Of a stretch of 64,000 bases of DNA, positions 1 through 9,719 are shown in pieces. Made by a program: the position numbers and the translations under genes. Position 1 is the stretch's first letter; each line of letters opens with the position of its first letter. The notes beneath the pieces were generated by a model. It had not been told where the DNA came from and did not search any database. It worked only from the letters and a program-made list of their open reading frames with translations. Source of the DNA: an uncultured Candidatus Saccharibacteria bacterium (GTDB lineage: Bacteria; Patescibacteriota; Minisyncoccia; Phycocordibacterales; DSPV01); NCBI GenBank assembly GCA_964574355.1, contig CAZNMD010000002.1:16595-80594 (forward strand), given 5' to 3'.

Positions 1-95
1 ATACGTTTCATACCCGAGATGGTTCACTTGCTGCTCATTTTGAGCATACAGTGACTGTTACACAAACTGGTGTTTTGGTACTCACAACACGCTAG
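1..95 (+). CDS. map: Methionine aminopeptidase, C-terminal fragment (runs off window start)
   Basis: Frame starting at nt 3 translates to TFHTRDGSLAAHFEHTVTVTQTGVLVLTTR*, which contains the type I MetAP C-terminal HFEHT motif. Confidence 0.85.
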   Translation, partial: TFHTRDGSLAAHFEHTVTVTQTGVLVLTTR

Positions 96-121
96 AGTTT
101 TTCCTGCGCTATAATAAGAGC

Positions 122-2959
122 ATGAACGAACCTGGGAGAGGCTCGCATGAACGACGATTCGAAACAGCTGAAGAAGAGCTGGCTCATTTGCGAGAACGAG
201 TAGGGGAATATGAAAGAGACGCCCTTGAACATGGGCTTTTGTCGCCTGAGCGTGCGGCTCGTGAGGCGGTGCGTGATTATGCAGGGCTTCAACCTGAAAT
301 TGTTTTACATCCCGAACATCAAATCGAGGAAGGTCTCGCTGGTGATATTGCGCTTGGTCTTTTGCCTGAAGAGCACGATAAAAAGGTTGCTGAATTAATT
401 AGTTTGATTCATGAGCGCGGTATAAAAAATACATTGTCTATTGTTGGGAAAATGAACGATCCACATCTTTCCGATGATTTGGAAAGATATCTTGTTCAAT
501 ATATAAAAGCCGGTTTTCCTATTGAAGGTATATCTGAGAAAGATCCTTTGTTTAAGGCCCTTTCGATGACGTTATATGAGATTACGTTGCCGGAATCAAA
601 TGTGAGTGAGAATAGTCGACAAGGTGTTCTGAAAGAGCTTGTTTCGGCTATGGAACATTTTTATTCTGGCATGCTTTCAGTTTCGAACGAGTCGGGTGGG
701 CCAGGCTACTATACGATTGAGCTTGCGGTTGCAAATCATAGTAGTGATTTTGTGTTTTACTCCGCTGTCCCGAATGGGAAGCGTGATCTTTTTGAAAAAC
801 ATATTTTGGCAGCTTTTCCGGATGCTCGGATTGCAGAAAGAAAAGATGATTACAATATTTTTAATGAACAAGGAGAATCATTGGTTTCAGTTGCGTCACT
901 TCAAAAGCGAGCGTTGTTTCCAATAAAAACATATCATTTGTTTGAACACGATCCTCTTTCGGCGATTATGAATGCGTTCTCAAAAATTGATCACGATGGT
1001 GAGGGTGCAGCAATTCAGATTGTGATTAAGCCTTCAGGGCCGGATCGACTTGCTCGTTATAAAAAAATGATCGATGACATTACTAAAGGAGCAAGTGTTG
1101 ATGATGTATTATCTCGACCTGAAACAGTTGGTGAGCACGCGCTCGATTTTGCCAAAGCTTTTGGAAGAGAATTGTTTAGTTTTGCCACTGCAAAGAAAAA
1201 GGTTGAGAAAGTTGAAAAAGATGAGCGTTTAGAAGCAAAAAAACATGAAGAAGCTCTTCGTATGAACCAAGGGGCTCTTGAGATTTTACGAAGAAAGGTT
1301 GAAACGCCACTTGTTGAAACAAATATTCGTCTGATCGCTTCGTCTCATAGTGAGCATGATGCCGCTGAAATTTTAACTGATTTGGAGTCTGCGTTTAATC
1401 AGTTTGAACTTACGGAGGGCAATCGGTTTGTCTTTACTCGTCCAACAAGAGCGACAAAAAATGATATTTTGCACCGTTTCAGCTATCGACTTTTTGTTCC
1501 AGAGCGTTCAGTTCCTCTCTCTTTAGGAGAACTTGGAACGGTGCTTCATTTCCCAAAAACAACAAAGGCAGCTGCTCCTCATTTGAAAGTTGCGAAAGCG
1601 GCAACTGCTCCGGCCCCTGTGGGCTTACCAAGTGATGGCGTATTGCTTGGTATGAATCGTGACCGAGGAGGGGACAGAGAGGTGAGGATGACAGGGGAGG
1701 ATCGATTGAGACACCTTTATGTTATTGGTCAAACAGGTACCGGTAAAACAACACTGCTTAAGCAGATGATTGTTCAGGATATTAAAAATGGTGACGGTGT
1801 GTGTTTTATTGATCCGCACGGTTCCGATATCCAAGATATTTTGGCCAATGTTCCCAAGGAGCGTTATGAGGATGTTATTTATTTTGACCCTGGTTATGTC
1901 GCGCGGCCAATGGCGCTCAATATGCTTGAGTATGATGGTCGCTATCCCGAACAAAAGACATTTGTGGTCAACGAAATGCTTTCAATCTTCAATAAGCTTT
2001 TTGATATGAAAACAGCGGGAGGACCAATGTTTGAGCAGTATTTTCGAAATGCGGCGATGCTTGTTATTGATGATCCAAAAGCAGCAGCGACACTGTTGGA
2101 TTTGTCTCGTGTGTTTTCAGATAAAGAGTTTCGTGCAGAAAAATTAGCTACCTGTACAAATCCGATCGTGGTTCAGTTCTGGAAAGAGATAGCTGAAAAG
2201 GCAGGAGGGGAAGCGTCACTTGCCAATATGGTTCCGTATATCACTTCAAAGTTCGATGGTTTTCTTTCGAATGATATTATGCGACCGATTATTGCTCAGG
2301 CTCACTCATCTTTCAATTTCCGTGAAGTGATGGATAACAAAAAGATTTTACTGGTTAATCTTTCAAAAGGTCGGCTTGGAGATATTAACTCACATCTCAT
2401 TGGTCTTATTTTGGTTGGCAAAATTTTAATGGCGGCACTTTCGCGAGCCGATTCGATGGGGACAAAATTACCAGCTTTCTATTTGTATGTTGATGAGTTT
2501 CAAAATGTGACAACTGATTCAATTGCAACCATTCTTTCTGAAGCTCGAAAATATCGCTTATCGTTGCATATAGCTCATCAGTTTATTGGACAATTGCAGG
2601 ACAATATCAAAAATTCTGTTTTTGGAAACGTTGGTTCGATGGCGGCGTTTCGAGTTGGTGCCGATGATGCAGAATTTTTGGAGCGTCAGTTTGCTCCAGT
2701 TTTTTCAGCAAATGATTTACTCAACGTGGATAATCACAATGCATTTATTCGTATGCTTGTTGATGGAAAGCCGACGCGTCCATTTACCATTGAAACGTTG
2801 CCGCTACCGTCAGGGCGCACAGACCATCTCGATAATCTCAAGGAGCTTTCGTATTTGAAGTTTGGTCGGCAAAGAAGTGAGGTTGAGGCAGAAATTATGG
2901 CTCAGTATAAAAAGACAAGTGTTGTAAAGCCAGTAGTAAGTACAGAGGGAAAAGTTTAA
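122..2959 (+). CDS. VirD4/TraG/TrwB-like coupling ATPase (type IV secretion DNA-transfer family, CPR-type)
   Basis: Walker A GQTGTGKT, IDPHG, Walker B YVDEFQN, SEARKY and HQFIGQL motifs. Confidence 0.8.
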   Translation: MNEPGRGSHERRFETAEEELAHLRERVGEYERDALEHGLLSPERAAREAVRDYAGLQPEIVLHPEHQIEEGLAGDIALGLLPEEHDKKVAELISLIHERGIKNTLSIVGKMNDPHLSDDLERYLVQYIKAGFPIEGISEKDPLFKALSMTLYEITLPESNVSENSRQGVLKELVSAMEHFYSGMLSVSNESGGPGYYTIELAVANHSSDFVFYSAVPNGKRDLFEKHILAAFPDARIAERKDDYNIFNEQGESLVSVASLQKRALFPIKTYHLFEHDPLSAIMNAFSKIDHDGEGAAIQIVIKPSGPDRLARYKKMIDDITKGASVDDVLSRPETVGEHALDFAKAFGRELFSFATAKKKVEKVEKDERLEAKKHEEALRMNQGALEILRRKVETPLVETNIRLIASSHSEHDAAEILTDLESAFNQFELTEGNRFVFTRPTRATKNDILHRFSYRLFVPERSVPLSLGELGTVLHFPKTTKAAAPHLKVAKAATAPAPVGLPSDGVLLGMNRDRGGDREVRMTGEDRLRHLYVIGQTGTGKTTLLKQMIVQDIKNGDGVCFIDPHGSDIQDILANVPKERYEDVIYFDPGYVARPMALNMLEYDGRYPEQKTFVVNEMLSIFNKLFDMKTAGGPMFEQYFRNAAMLVIDDPKAAATLLDLSRVFSDKEFRAEKLATCTNPIVVQFWKEIAEKAGGEASLANMVPYITSKFDGFLSNDIMRPIIAQAHSSFNFREVMDNKKILLVNLSKGRLGDINSHLIGLILVGKILMAALSRADSMGTKLPAFYLYVDEFQNVTTDSIATILSEARKYRLSLHIAHQFIGQLQDNIKNSVFGNVGSMAAFRVGADDAEFLERQFAPVFSANDLLNVDNHNAFIRMLVDGKPTRPFTIETLPLPSGRTDHLDNLKELSYLKFGRQRSEVEAEIMAQYKKTSVVKPVVSTEGKV

Positions 2960-2982
2960 GTAGATTCTATAAATAAATTTCT

Positions 2983-3828
2983 ATGTCACCTTTTGAAAAA
3001 ATAAATGAGGAAAACGAAGTTCCTGTTGTCGAGGCTGATACTTCGAGTATAGAAACAATCGAACCTTCTGTAGATTCTAAAGAGCAGGAAGAACCTAATT
3101 ATTCTGTGGAAAGTCCAAAGTCGGTAGAAGTTCACGACGAGCCGGTAGCTGTTTTTTCTGATTCTGACGCTGATCGTTTGTATGCAATTCGAACGGAGCT
3201 TTCTGGTGGTGTAAATATGAACGAAGTGAGAGTTGAAGAGCCGGCACCTGTAAGTGTTTCCGAGAGTGATTCTTCCTCTATAGTTTCTAGTAAAAAATCA
3301 GGAGGAATTGTTAATACGTTGCGTCGATGGATGGGTATTGCTGGTGTTGCTGCGGTTGGTTTTGGGGCAATGTCGGAAAGTCAGGGGCAGTCTCTTCCTG
3401 AACGCGAAACTAAAAAAGAAAGTGTATTGGGAGGCGTGCTTCGTTGGGCTCAGCGAGTTGATGGTGAAATGGCAATTGAAAAAAAGATGTATGGAAACCG
3501 ATGGTCGCCAGGTCCTAATGAGCACACAGAGCTTCGAACCATGAAAGGATATGCTGCAGATGTTGTGGATGTTGTTCATGCTGATCAAAATGGAAATGTG
3601 GTTCGGGTATTACAAAGAGCTGTGCACAGGAAAAATGTTCCTGTTGGTGTCACTGTTGGTATTTCAGGAGGACATGGGCAGGGCAGGATACTTCCGGGTC
3701 AGCGCCGACATGTTCCAACAAATCTCTATCAGGCAAATATGATGAAACAACAAGGAGTGAACATTGGAACTATGGTTCGAAGTAGTACGGGCAAGGTAAC
3801 TATGGAGGTTAAGCCGGTGAAAAAATAA
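2983..3828 (+). CDS. Hypothetical protein with acidic low-complexity N-terminus and one hydrophobic segment
   Basis: 281-aa ORF filling the gap between neighbouring genes. Confidence 0.65.
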   Translation: MSPFEKINEENEVPVVEADTSSIETIEPSVDSKEQEEPNYSVESPKSVEVHDEPVAVFSDSDADRLYAIRTELSGGVNMNEVRVEEPAPVSVSESDSSSIVSSKKSGGIVNTLRRWMGIAGVAAVGFGAMSESQGQSLPERETKKESVLGGVLRWAQRVDGEMAIEKKMYGNRWSPGPNEHTELRTMKGYAADVVDVVHADQNGNVVRVLQRAVHRKNVPVGVTVGISGGHGQGRILPGQRRHVPTNLYQANMMKQQGVNIGTMVRSSTGKVTMEVKPVKK

Positions 3829-3913
3829 AAATGTAATAGAGTTTGCTTAGTGCCCCCTTTTCCCTTACTATAGAGCCCTGGTAAGGATTTATTCTCATTT
3901 TATTTATATACAA

Positions 3914-4552
3914 ATGGCAACGAAAGCGACAGGTAAAACGGCTGAGAAAAAGCATCATAAGTATGAACGAACGCTTGTTATCATTAAACCTGATGGTGTT
4001 CAGCGGTCTTTGGTTGGCGAAATCATTAAGCGTTTTGAGCGAGTTGGTTTGAAGCTTGTCGGTATGAAAATGGCAGTCCCTTCAAAAGAACATGTTCGAG
4101 CTCATTATTCAATTGATCCAGAATGGAAACGTAAGGTTGGAGAGAAGGCAATCGAGGCTTATGTAAAAAAGGGTCAAAAACCACCATCAACTGACCCAAT
4201 TAAGGTTGGTGATCGTGTTATTGATGCATTGGCAAAATATATCACTTCAGGTCCGGTTGTTATTATGTCGTGGCAAGGTGCACACGTTGTTGAGGTTGTG
4301 CGAAAATTGGTAGGAAGTACAGAGCCTCGAACTTCGGATGTTGGTACTATTCGCGGAGATTTTGTTCTTGATTCATACATGATGGGAGATACTGATGATC
4401 GTGCGGTTCGAAATCTTATTCACGCTTCAGGATCTGTTGAAGAGGCAAGTAAAGAAATTCCTCACTGGTTCTCTGATAAAGAATTGATTGATTACAAACT
4501 TGTACAGGAAGCAATTTTGTACGATGTAAATTTGGATGGAATTCTTGAGTAA
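3914..4552 (+). CDS. ndk: Nucleoside diphosphate kinase
   Basis: ERTLVIIKPDGVQR, GTIRGDF and NLIHASGS motifs. Confidence 0.97.
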   Translation: MATKATGKTAEKKHHKYERTLVIIKPDGVQRSLVGEIIKRFERVGLKLVGMKMAVPSKEHVRAHYSIDPEWKRKVGEKAIEAYVKKGQKPPSTDPIKVGDRVIDALAKYITSGPVVIMSWQGAHVVEVVRKLVGSTEPRTSDVGTIRGDFVLDSYMMGDTDDRAVRNLIHASGSVEEASKEIPHWFSDKELIDYKLVQEAILYDVNLDGILE

Positions 4553-4562
4553 TCTATACAAT

Positions 4563-4592
4563 AAAAACCACTCCTCAAAGGGAGTGGTTTTT
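4563..4592 (+). terminator. Intrinsic terminator after ndk
   Basis: aaaaaccactcc-tcaaag-ggagtggttttt hairpin. Confidence 0.85.
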
Positions 4593-4631
4593 ATATGTTT
4601 CAATTGCGCACGTTTTTTCTAACACGACAAC

Positions 4632-4659
4632 TTGCATTGCTTTTTCTCAGGTCTATAAT
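4632..4659 (+). promoter_or_regulatory. Sigma70-type promoter of 6S RNA
   Basis: TTGCAT-16 nt-TATAAT directly upstream of the paired RNA. Confidence 0.7.
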
Positions 4660-4665
4660 TCAAAG

Positions 4666-4837
4666 AGGATTGGTTGGCATTTTCCGACAAATATTTTTTC
4701 AGGGAGTTCGATATCATGTCGCTTTGCTGAGGGTCTTCTTAAGGGCGTATCGCGTATGTGCCTTTGAGTAGACCTTCAAAAGAGCTTACATTGGGAACAC
4801 CCACCTGGCGTCAAGCTAGGGGAATGCCAATCATCCT
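4666..4837 (+). ncRNA. ssrS: 6S RNA
   Basis: ~172-nt rod whose ends pair (aggattggttggcattttcc with ggggaatgccaatcatcct); GGGAG and CACCCACCTG motifs flank a central bubble as in Gram-positive-type 6S RNA; own promoter and terminator. Confidence 0.75.
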
Positions 4838-4840
4838 TCG

Positions 4841-4878
4841 AGAGCGTCTATTCTTCACTGAATAGGCGCTTTCCTTTT
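4841..4878 (+). terminator. Intrinsic terminator after 6S RNA
   Basis: agcgtctattc-ttcact-gaataggcgct followed by T-rich tail. Confidence 0.75.
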
Positions 4879-4994
4879 GTGATTAGTAGAGAACAAGCAA
4901 AATGAGAAAGTTCCTTTCTTGCGAGGCTCTCAGTTTCTTGGAGGCTTTGCTTCGGAAATCTTTATTTTTGTACAACCTGCTATAATTCTTCTAC

Positions 4995-5417
4995 ATGCGC
5001 TCACGTTCATTCTTTATTTTAATTTTTTTGTTTGCTGTTTTGTTGGCCACACTTCATTTTGTTGGTTCGCAATTCGAGTTTTATCTTGATTTGTGGTGGT
5101 TTGATATCATGATGCACACATTAGGAGGGGCAATTTCTGGAGGGTTTACACTTATTGTTGCTCGGTGGTTTCGTCCACTCTCGCCAGTTCTTGAGCGGGT
5201 GAGTGGTGCGTATAGTATTGCTATTTTTGGAGCTCTTCTCATTGGTATTTCTTGGGAATTATTTGAAAAATATTATGATCTTATTTATACCCAAAACTAT
5301 CTTTTTGATACGACAATTGATTTGATCATGGATGTTTTTGGGGCCGTTCTTATTGGTCGATATACATTACGTAAGGGTTTTGTAGGAAGAGGTGAATCAT
5401 GGAAAAAAATACGCTAG
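4995..5417 (+). CDS. Four-TM membrane protein (DUF2238/VanZ-like)
   Basis: WWFDIMMHTLGG, WELFE and DTTIDLIMD motifs; hydrophobic. Confidence 0.7.
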   Translation: MRSRSFFILIFLFAVLLATLHFVGSQFEFYLDLWWFDIMMHTLGGAISGGFTLIVARWFRPLSPVLERVSGAYSIAIFGALLIGISWELFEKYYDLIYTQNYLFDTTIDLIMDVFGAVLIGRYTLRKGFVGRGESWKKIR

Positions 5418-6769
5418 TTGTGTGGGGTGGGGCAGGAACAGTGACCGGGGCCAATTTTCTTTTGAAGATTGCTGGTAAGCGGATTTTGATTGATTGTGGA
5501 TTGCAACAAGATGGAGCAAATCCAGACGCGGTTAATCATGGAGGTTTTCCTTATGAACCAAGTTCGATTGATTTTCTTTTTGTGACCCACGCTCACATGG
5601 ATCATATCGGCCGAGTGCCCAAATTGGTTAAAGAAGGATATAAAGGAAAAATTATTTCAACTGCCGAAACAAAGGCTCTGTCAACGCTTATGCTCGCTGA
5701 TGCGGCTCGTGTCTTTGCAGATCCACGTCATAAAGAAAAAGGTCCGCCTATGTACCTTTCTTCAGATGTTGATGTGGCATTTAACCAGTGGAACGTATTG
5801 GCATATCACGAAACGTTTCCAATTTCGCACGATCTTTCGGTTCGTTTTTTAGATGCTGGACATATTCTTGGTTCGGCAATGGTTGAATTTACATTTCGTG
5901 GTGAAAAAATGGTTTTCACCGGAGATCTTGGCAACTCTCCCTCTCCTCTTTTGCGCGATACGGAAGCCATAAAAGATGTTCGCTACTTGGTGATGGAAAG
6001 TGTGTATGGTGATAGAAATCACGAGGGGAGAGATGTTCGACAGGCAAAGCTTCACAGTGCAGTTGATGACATTATTGCTCGCAAAGGAACGCTGATTATC
6101 CCATCTTTTTCTTTAGAACGAACACAGGTTATTTTGTCGGAGTTAAATGAGTTGGTAGAGGCGGGCGTTGTAAAACCACTTCCTGTTTTTCTTGACTCGC
6201 CTCTTTCGATAAAAGTTACTGACATATATCGGCACATGCGCGACAACTGGAATGATCGAATGAAAGGACGTATTGCGTCTGGAGACGAACCTTTTGCGTT
6301 TCCTCGCTTGGCGTTTACTCCTACTCGTGACGACTCTCTTCACATTCTTGCTATTAAAGGGCCAAAAATTGTTATTGCTGGATCAGGTATGAGTAATGGC
6401 GGAAGAATTATTCGACATGAAAAGGCATATTTACCGGATAAGAGAAATATTTTATTACTTGTTGGATATCAGTCTCCAGGTACGCTTGGCCGAAAAATTG
6501 CTGATGGTGATAAGAATGTTGAAATTGAAGGTGACGTAATTCCTGTTCGGGCTGAGGTTCGTCAAGTTGAGGGATACTCATCTCATAAGGGATTGGATGA
6601 TTTAGTTGCATTCGTTGAAACATCTGCCGATACGCTTAAAAAAGTGTTCGTGGCGATGGGTGAACCAAAATCTTCTATGTTTCTTGCTCAACGCCTCCAT
6701 GATTATCTAGGGGTTGATGCGATGATGCCCGAAGTAGGGAAGGAATATATATTACAGTTTCCAGAATAA
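5399..6769 (+). CDS. Beta-CASP metallo-beta-lactamase-fold ribonuclease
   Basis: THAHMDHIG, AGHILGS, GSGMSNGGRI and SSH motifs. Confidence 0.9.
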   Translation: MEKNTLVVWGGAGTVTGANFLLKIAGKRILIDCGLQQDGANPDAVNHGGFPYEPSSIDFLFVTHAHMDHIGRVPKLVKEGYKGKIISTAETKALSTLMLADAARVFADPRHKEKGPPMYLSSDVDVAFNQWNVLAYHETFPISHDLSVRFLDAGHILGSAMVEFTFRGEKMVFTGDLGNSPSPLLRDTEAIKDVRYLVMESVYGDRNHEGRDVRQAKLHSAVDDIIARKGTLIIPSFSLERTQVILSELNELVEAGVVKPLPVFLDSPLSIKVTDIYRHMRDNWNDRMKGRIASGDEPFAFPRLAFTPTRDDSLHILAIKGPKIVIAGSGMSNGGRIIRHEKAYLPDKRNILLLVGYQSPGTLGRKIADGDKNVEIEGDVIPVRAEVRQVEGYSSHKGLDDLVAFVETSADTLKKVFVAMGEPKSSMFLAQRLHDYLGVDAMMPEVGKEYILQFPE

Positions 6770-6808
6770 GAGAGCTCTACTGTGAACCACTTTTAATTCA
6801 GAAGAAAA

Positions 6809-6851
6809 TAACAAACAAAAAACTGCCTCAAGGGCAGTTTTTTGTTTGTTA
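6809..6851. terminator. Bidirectional terminator between convergent genes
   Basis: 19-bp perfect inverted repeat taacaaacaaaaaactgcc / ggcagttttttgtttgtta. Confidence 0.85.
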
Positions 6852-7190
6852 TTTTGCTTTTGCGACGATTCGGCCAAATATTTCTGGTCGGTTTTTTGCC
6901 ATCTCAGCCAAGACTTTGCGGTTTAATTCAATTTTCTGCTTTTTCAAAGCGCCAATGAATTTGCTGTATGAGAGTTCTGTGCCCAAAGCTGCGTTGATTG
7001 AGGTGTTCCATAGGCGGCGGAAGTCACCTTTTTTGTCGCGTCGATGAGCGAAGGCATAGGCACCTGCATGAGCAAGTGCTTCATATGCTGCACGTTCTTT
7101 CTTTGATCGAGCAAAACGAAAACCTTTCGCTTGTCGAAGGACGTTGCGACGAGTTTTGAGGGCATTAACTGCTTTCTTTACACGGGTCAT
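6849..7190 (-). CDS. rplT: 50S ribosomal protein L20
   Basis: MTRVK, KGDFRRLW and LNRKVLAEMA; position in the infC-rpmI-rplT operon. Confidence 0.97.
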   Translation of the reverse strand: MTRVKKAVNALKTRRNVLRQAKGFRFARSKKERAAYEALAHAGAYAFAHRRDKKGDFRRLWNTSINAALGTELSYSKFIGALKKQKIELNRKVLAEMAKNRPEIFGRIVAKAK

Positions 7191-7219
7191 GTGAGTAAGT
7201 GAGTATTAAAGAGGATTAA

Positions 7220-7408
7220 TTAGGCGATACCAACGAGGAAGCGGCGTTTTTCACGATTTGTAAGCTTCATAGTGGTGGTTCGGCGCTTACTGTACTGTGA
7301 GCGGCGACCTTCTTTTGCGTTGAAATGGTTTTGTCCAGCAACACGTGTCGTGATTTTGCCATTCTTCGAAACTTTGAGTCGTTTTGCGTACGATTTATTT
7401 GTTTTCAT
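7220..7408 (-). CDS. rpmI: 50S ribosomal protein L35
   Basis: MKTNKSYAKRLKV N-terminus; synteny. Confidence 0.93.
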   Translation of the reverse strand: MKTNKSYAKRLKVSKNGKITTRVAGQNHFNAKEGRRSQYSKRRTTTMKLTNREKRRFLVGIA

Positions 7409-7427
7409 AAAGATGAGTAATTTATGT

Positions 7428-7934
7428 TTAGGCTTTTTCTATAATCGTTGAGATGTTTCTTGGTCCCTTTCTTGCTGGGTCTGCGATTTTAAAGGGAACA
7501 GTAAAAAGGTTAACGGCGCGATCGAGGCGGGCTTGTAAGAACTTCGGGTCAAGATATTTTTCTCGGCCTTTAAGGAAGAGATCTACCTTAATCCGGTGTC
7601 CTTCTGAAAGCCAGTCTGAAGCCTCTTTCATTTTTCGTGACAAATCATGGTCGCTTGTACCGATGGTGATTTGCACCTGTTTTATTTCAACAGTCTGTGT
7701 TTTTGCTTTGCTTTGCTTCTGTTTTTTGCTTTCGATGTACTGGTATTTGCCGAAATCCATGATCTTTGCGATCGGTGGAGTAGCATTTGGCGAAATCTCA
7801 ATAAGGTCAAGTCCTGCGTCTTGTGCGGCTCGCAAGGCGTCACCCAAAGAGAGTTCGCCTAGGTTTGTACCATCTGCTCCGATTACTCGAAGAAGTGGTG
7901 CTTTTATCTGATGATTAACCCGTGCTTTAGACAA
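7428..7934 (-). CDS. infC: Translation initiation factor IF-3 (non-AUG start)
   Basis: GLDLIEISPNATPPIAKIMDFGKY motif; synteny. Confidence 0.97.
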   Translation of the reverse strand: MSKARVNHQIKAPLLRVIGADGTNLGELSLGDALRAAQDAGLDLIEISPNATPPIAKIMDFGKYQYIESKKQKQSKAKTQTVEIKQVQITIGTSDHDLSRKMKEASDWLSEGHRIKVDLFLKGREKYLDPKFLQARLDRAVNLFTVPFKIADPARKGPRNISTIIEKA

Positions 7935-8051
7935 GATCTAGTTCCTTTTTGTGATAGTAACGCGGAGTTATTTATAGCATATATAGTCTTTCGACGCAAC
8001 AAAAAGGGCGATAAGAAAAGGGCGGGTCAAAATGTACCCGCCCGTTCCTTT

Positions 8052-8270
8052 TTAGGACCTTACGACCCGATACTGTTGTGCAAAATGTGCGGCTCCACCG
8101 CACAGGATGAAATGCATGATGCAGTCTGTATTAGTTGGTTCCCGGCCTAACTCAACTCCGGTAACCCAACGATTAAAAGGGTCGTGAATAGCTATGTCTG
8201 TTTGTAAACGTAGGTACTCTCTTAGGTTAACTTCTATGGGTGCGGGGGGTTCTGTGTTTTCGGTAGGCAC
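8052..8270 (-). CDS. Small hypothetical protein (72 aa)
   Basis: Perfect SD AGGAGGT before GTG; downstream terminator hairpin at about 8016-8053. Confidence 0.7.
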   Translation of the reverse strand: MPTENTEPPAPIEVNLREYLRLQTDIAIHDPFNRWVTGVELGREPTNTDCIMHFILCGGAAHFAQQYRVVRS

Positions 8271-8396
8271 AGCGCACCTCCTTTCTTTCCATAGTGTATG
8301 CCTCTCTTTTCAAGAGTCAATCTCTATGGTGGATAAATGTATTTTTTTTACAAAAAAACCGAACCAAAAAACGGATTCGGTTGTTCTGAATATGGG

Positions 8397-8609
8397 TCAG
8401 ATACATATCTCCCCAGAGCGTATTTTTTGATGAAACATTTCTGCTCCACCAGCTGTCATCCAATGGTTGATGAGTTCAATGTTGCTTACTTCGTGCGCTG
8501 GTTTTTGTAGTGCCCATGCGGTATTTCGTCGATGATCCTCGTCACTAAGAATTGTTCCTAGTTCTCTCTCGGCAAGTCGGTCTCCTGGCATTGAATATTG
8601 GTCACACAC
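8397..8609 (-). CDS. Small hypothetical protein (~70 aa), possible paralogue of 8052-8270
   Basis: SD AGGAGGGG before GTG at 8609 (alternative ATG at 8591); similar C-terminal H-x4-GGA-x2-F motif. Confidence 0.6.
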   Translation of the reverse strand: MCDQYSMPGDRLAERELGTILSDEDHRRNTAWALQKPAHEVSNIELINHWMTAGGAEMFHQKIRSGEICI

Positions 8610-8734
8610 AGAACCCCTCCTTGTTTTTGTCTTCTTATAGTGTACGCTTCTTGATTTTATACAACAAGCCACTTGTGAACTGTGGTACATAAATAACACC
8701 GCAGTCAGGATAACCCTGGTGCGGTGTGTTTGGC

Positions 8735-8977
8735 TTATGGATATTCGATCCAGCCATGTTGTCCTTTTGGGGTAAAGTTCACGGTTGCCTGTGGTTCTTC
8801 TGCAAAGCCGATAACATGAGTTCTTCCTCGAAATGTAATGGAGTTATTGGTCTCCATGTGAGAAGATTCGACGATAAAAAGGATTCTAACGTCTCCACTT
8901 CGAAACAGCAGTTTTTTCCTTTGGGGGTCGAACTTCTTTGGACCGCCCGTAAGGGGAAAGCGATCTGTTCGTCTCAT
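8735..8977 (-). CDS. Small hypothetical protein (80 aa)
   Basis: SD AGGAG before ATG; downstream hairpin at about 8696-8730. Confidence 0.65.
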   Translation of the reverse strand: MRRTDRFPLTGGPKKFDPQRKKLLFRSGDVRILFIVESSHMETNNSITFRGRTHVIGFAEEPQATVNFTPKGQHGWIEYP

Positions 8978-9037
8978 AATCTCCTATAACCATACTCATC
9001 TTTTTTCTTTTGTCACGTGGTGAGTAAGGTTGTATGT

Positions 9038-9496
9038 TTATGAAAGATATTTTTTACTTGCCCAGTAATAGACGAGTACGCGTAAGGCAAATGCCGTCAT
9101 TTCAATGTATCCACTGAGGTTATAGGTATAAAACAAAAGACCATATATGCGGGCACACCCACTGACGATGAGTATATATAACGTAGAAAGCAGTAGTATT
9201 TCTTTTGGGTCAAATCCTTGATAGCTGTGCTTTATAACTCGTGTTGAGTAGAGAACCCCAAGGAAGGTGATAAGCGGATACACAAAAACAGTTACTATGT
9301 TTTTCCAGAAAAAATCTGCTTGTATAAATGTTGACCAAGTAAGGTCAAAGGCGAGCCCAAGAAGCATTGGGATCATAAAACCTGCCTGTAGCCAATGAAG
9401 CAGGGCAATTTTCCAGCTTTCTGTTTTTTTCTTAGCGTGCATGGGGTGGTGTATATGGTCTACCCGCCGCTTCTTCACGATGAACCATTTCTTCAT
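9038..9496 (-). CDS. Hypothetical membrane protein (about 4 TM)
   Basis: 152-aa hydrophobic ORF. Confidence 0.65.
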   Translation of the reverse strand: MKKWFIVKKRRVDHIHHPMHAKKKTESWKIALLHWLQAGFMIPMLLGLAFDLTWSTFIQADFFWKNIVTVFVYPLITFLGVLYSTRVIKHSYQGFDPKEILLLSTLYILIVSGCARIYGLLFYTYNLSGYIEMTAFALRVLVYYWASKKYLS

Positions 9497-9719
9497 AATT
9501 GTTCACAAAAATTCTATATCCTTCAGCAACAGCAATTTCAAAAATGAGTATTGAAAAAGCTATAATGAGTGTGATGCGGAGAGATTTGGTCATTTGTTTT
9601 TAGTAGTGTCCTTAATAGTACCATCGGTGAGCATCGCGTCTTTAGGTACCGTTTAAATAGTATATTGTTATAATGAAAAGGCGGGGAAAATAGTATATTA
9701 ATTATTTAACGTAACGTAT

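Noticed and set aside
122-2959. Conjugative element implied by the VirD4-like gene
   Set aside because: No relaxase or VirB genes; it sits among housekeeping genes, as is usual for CPR
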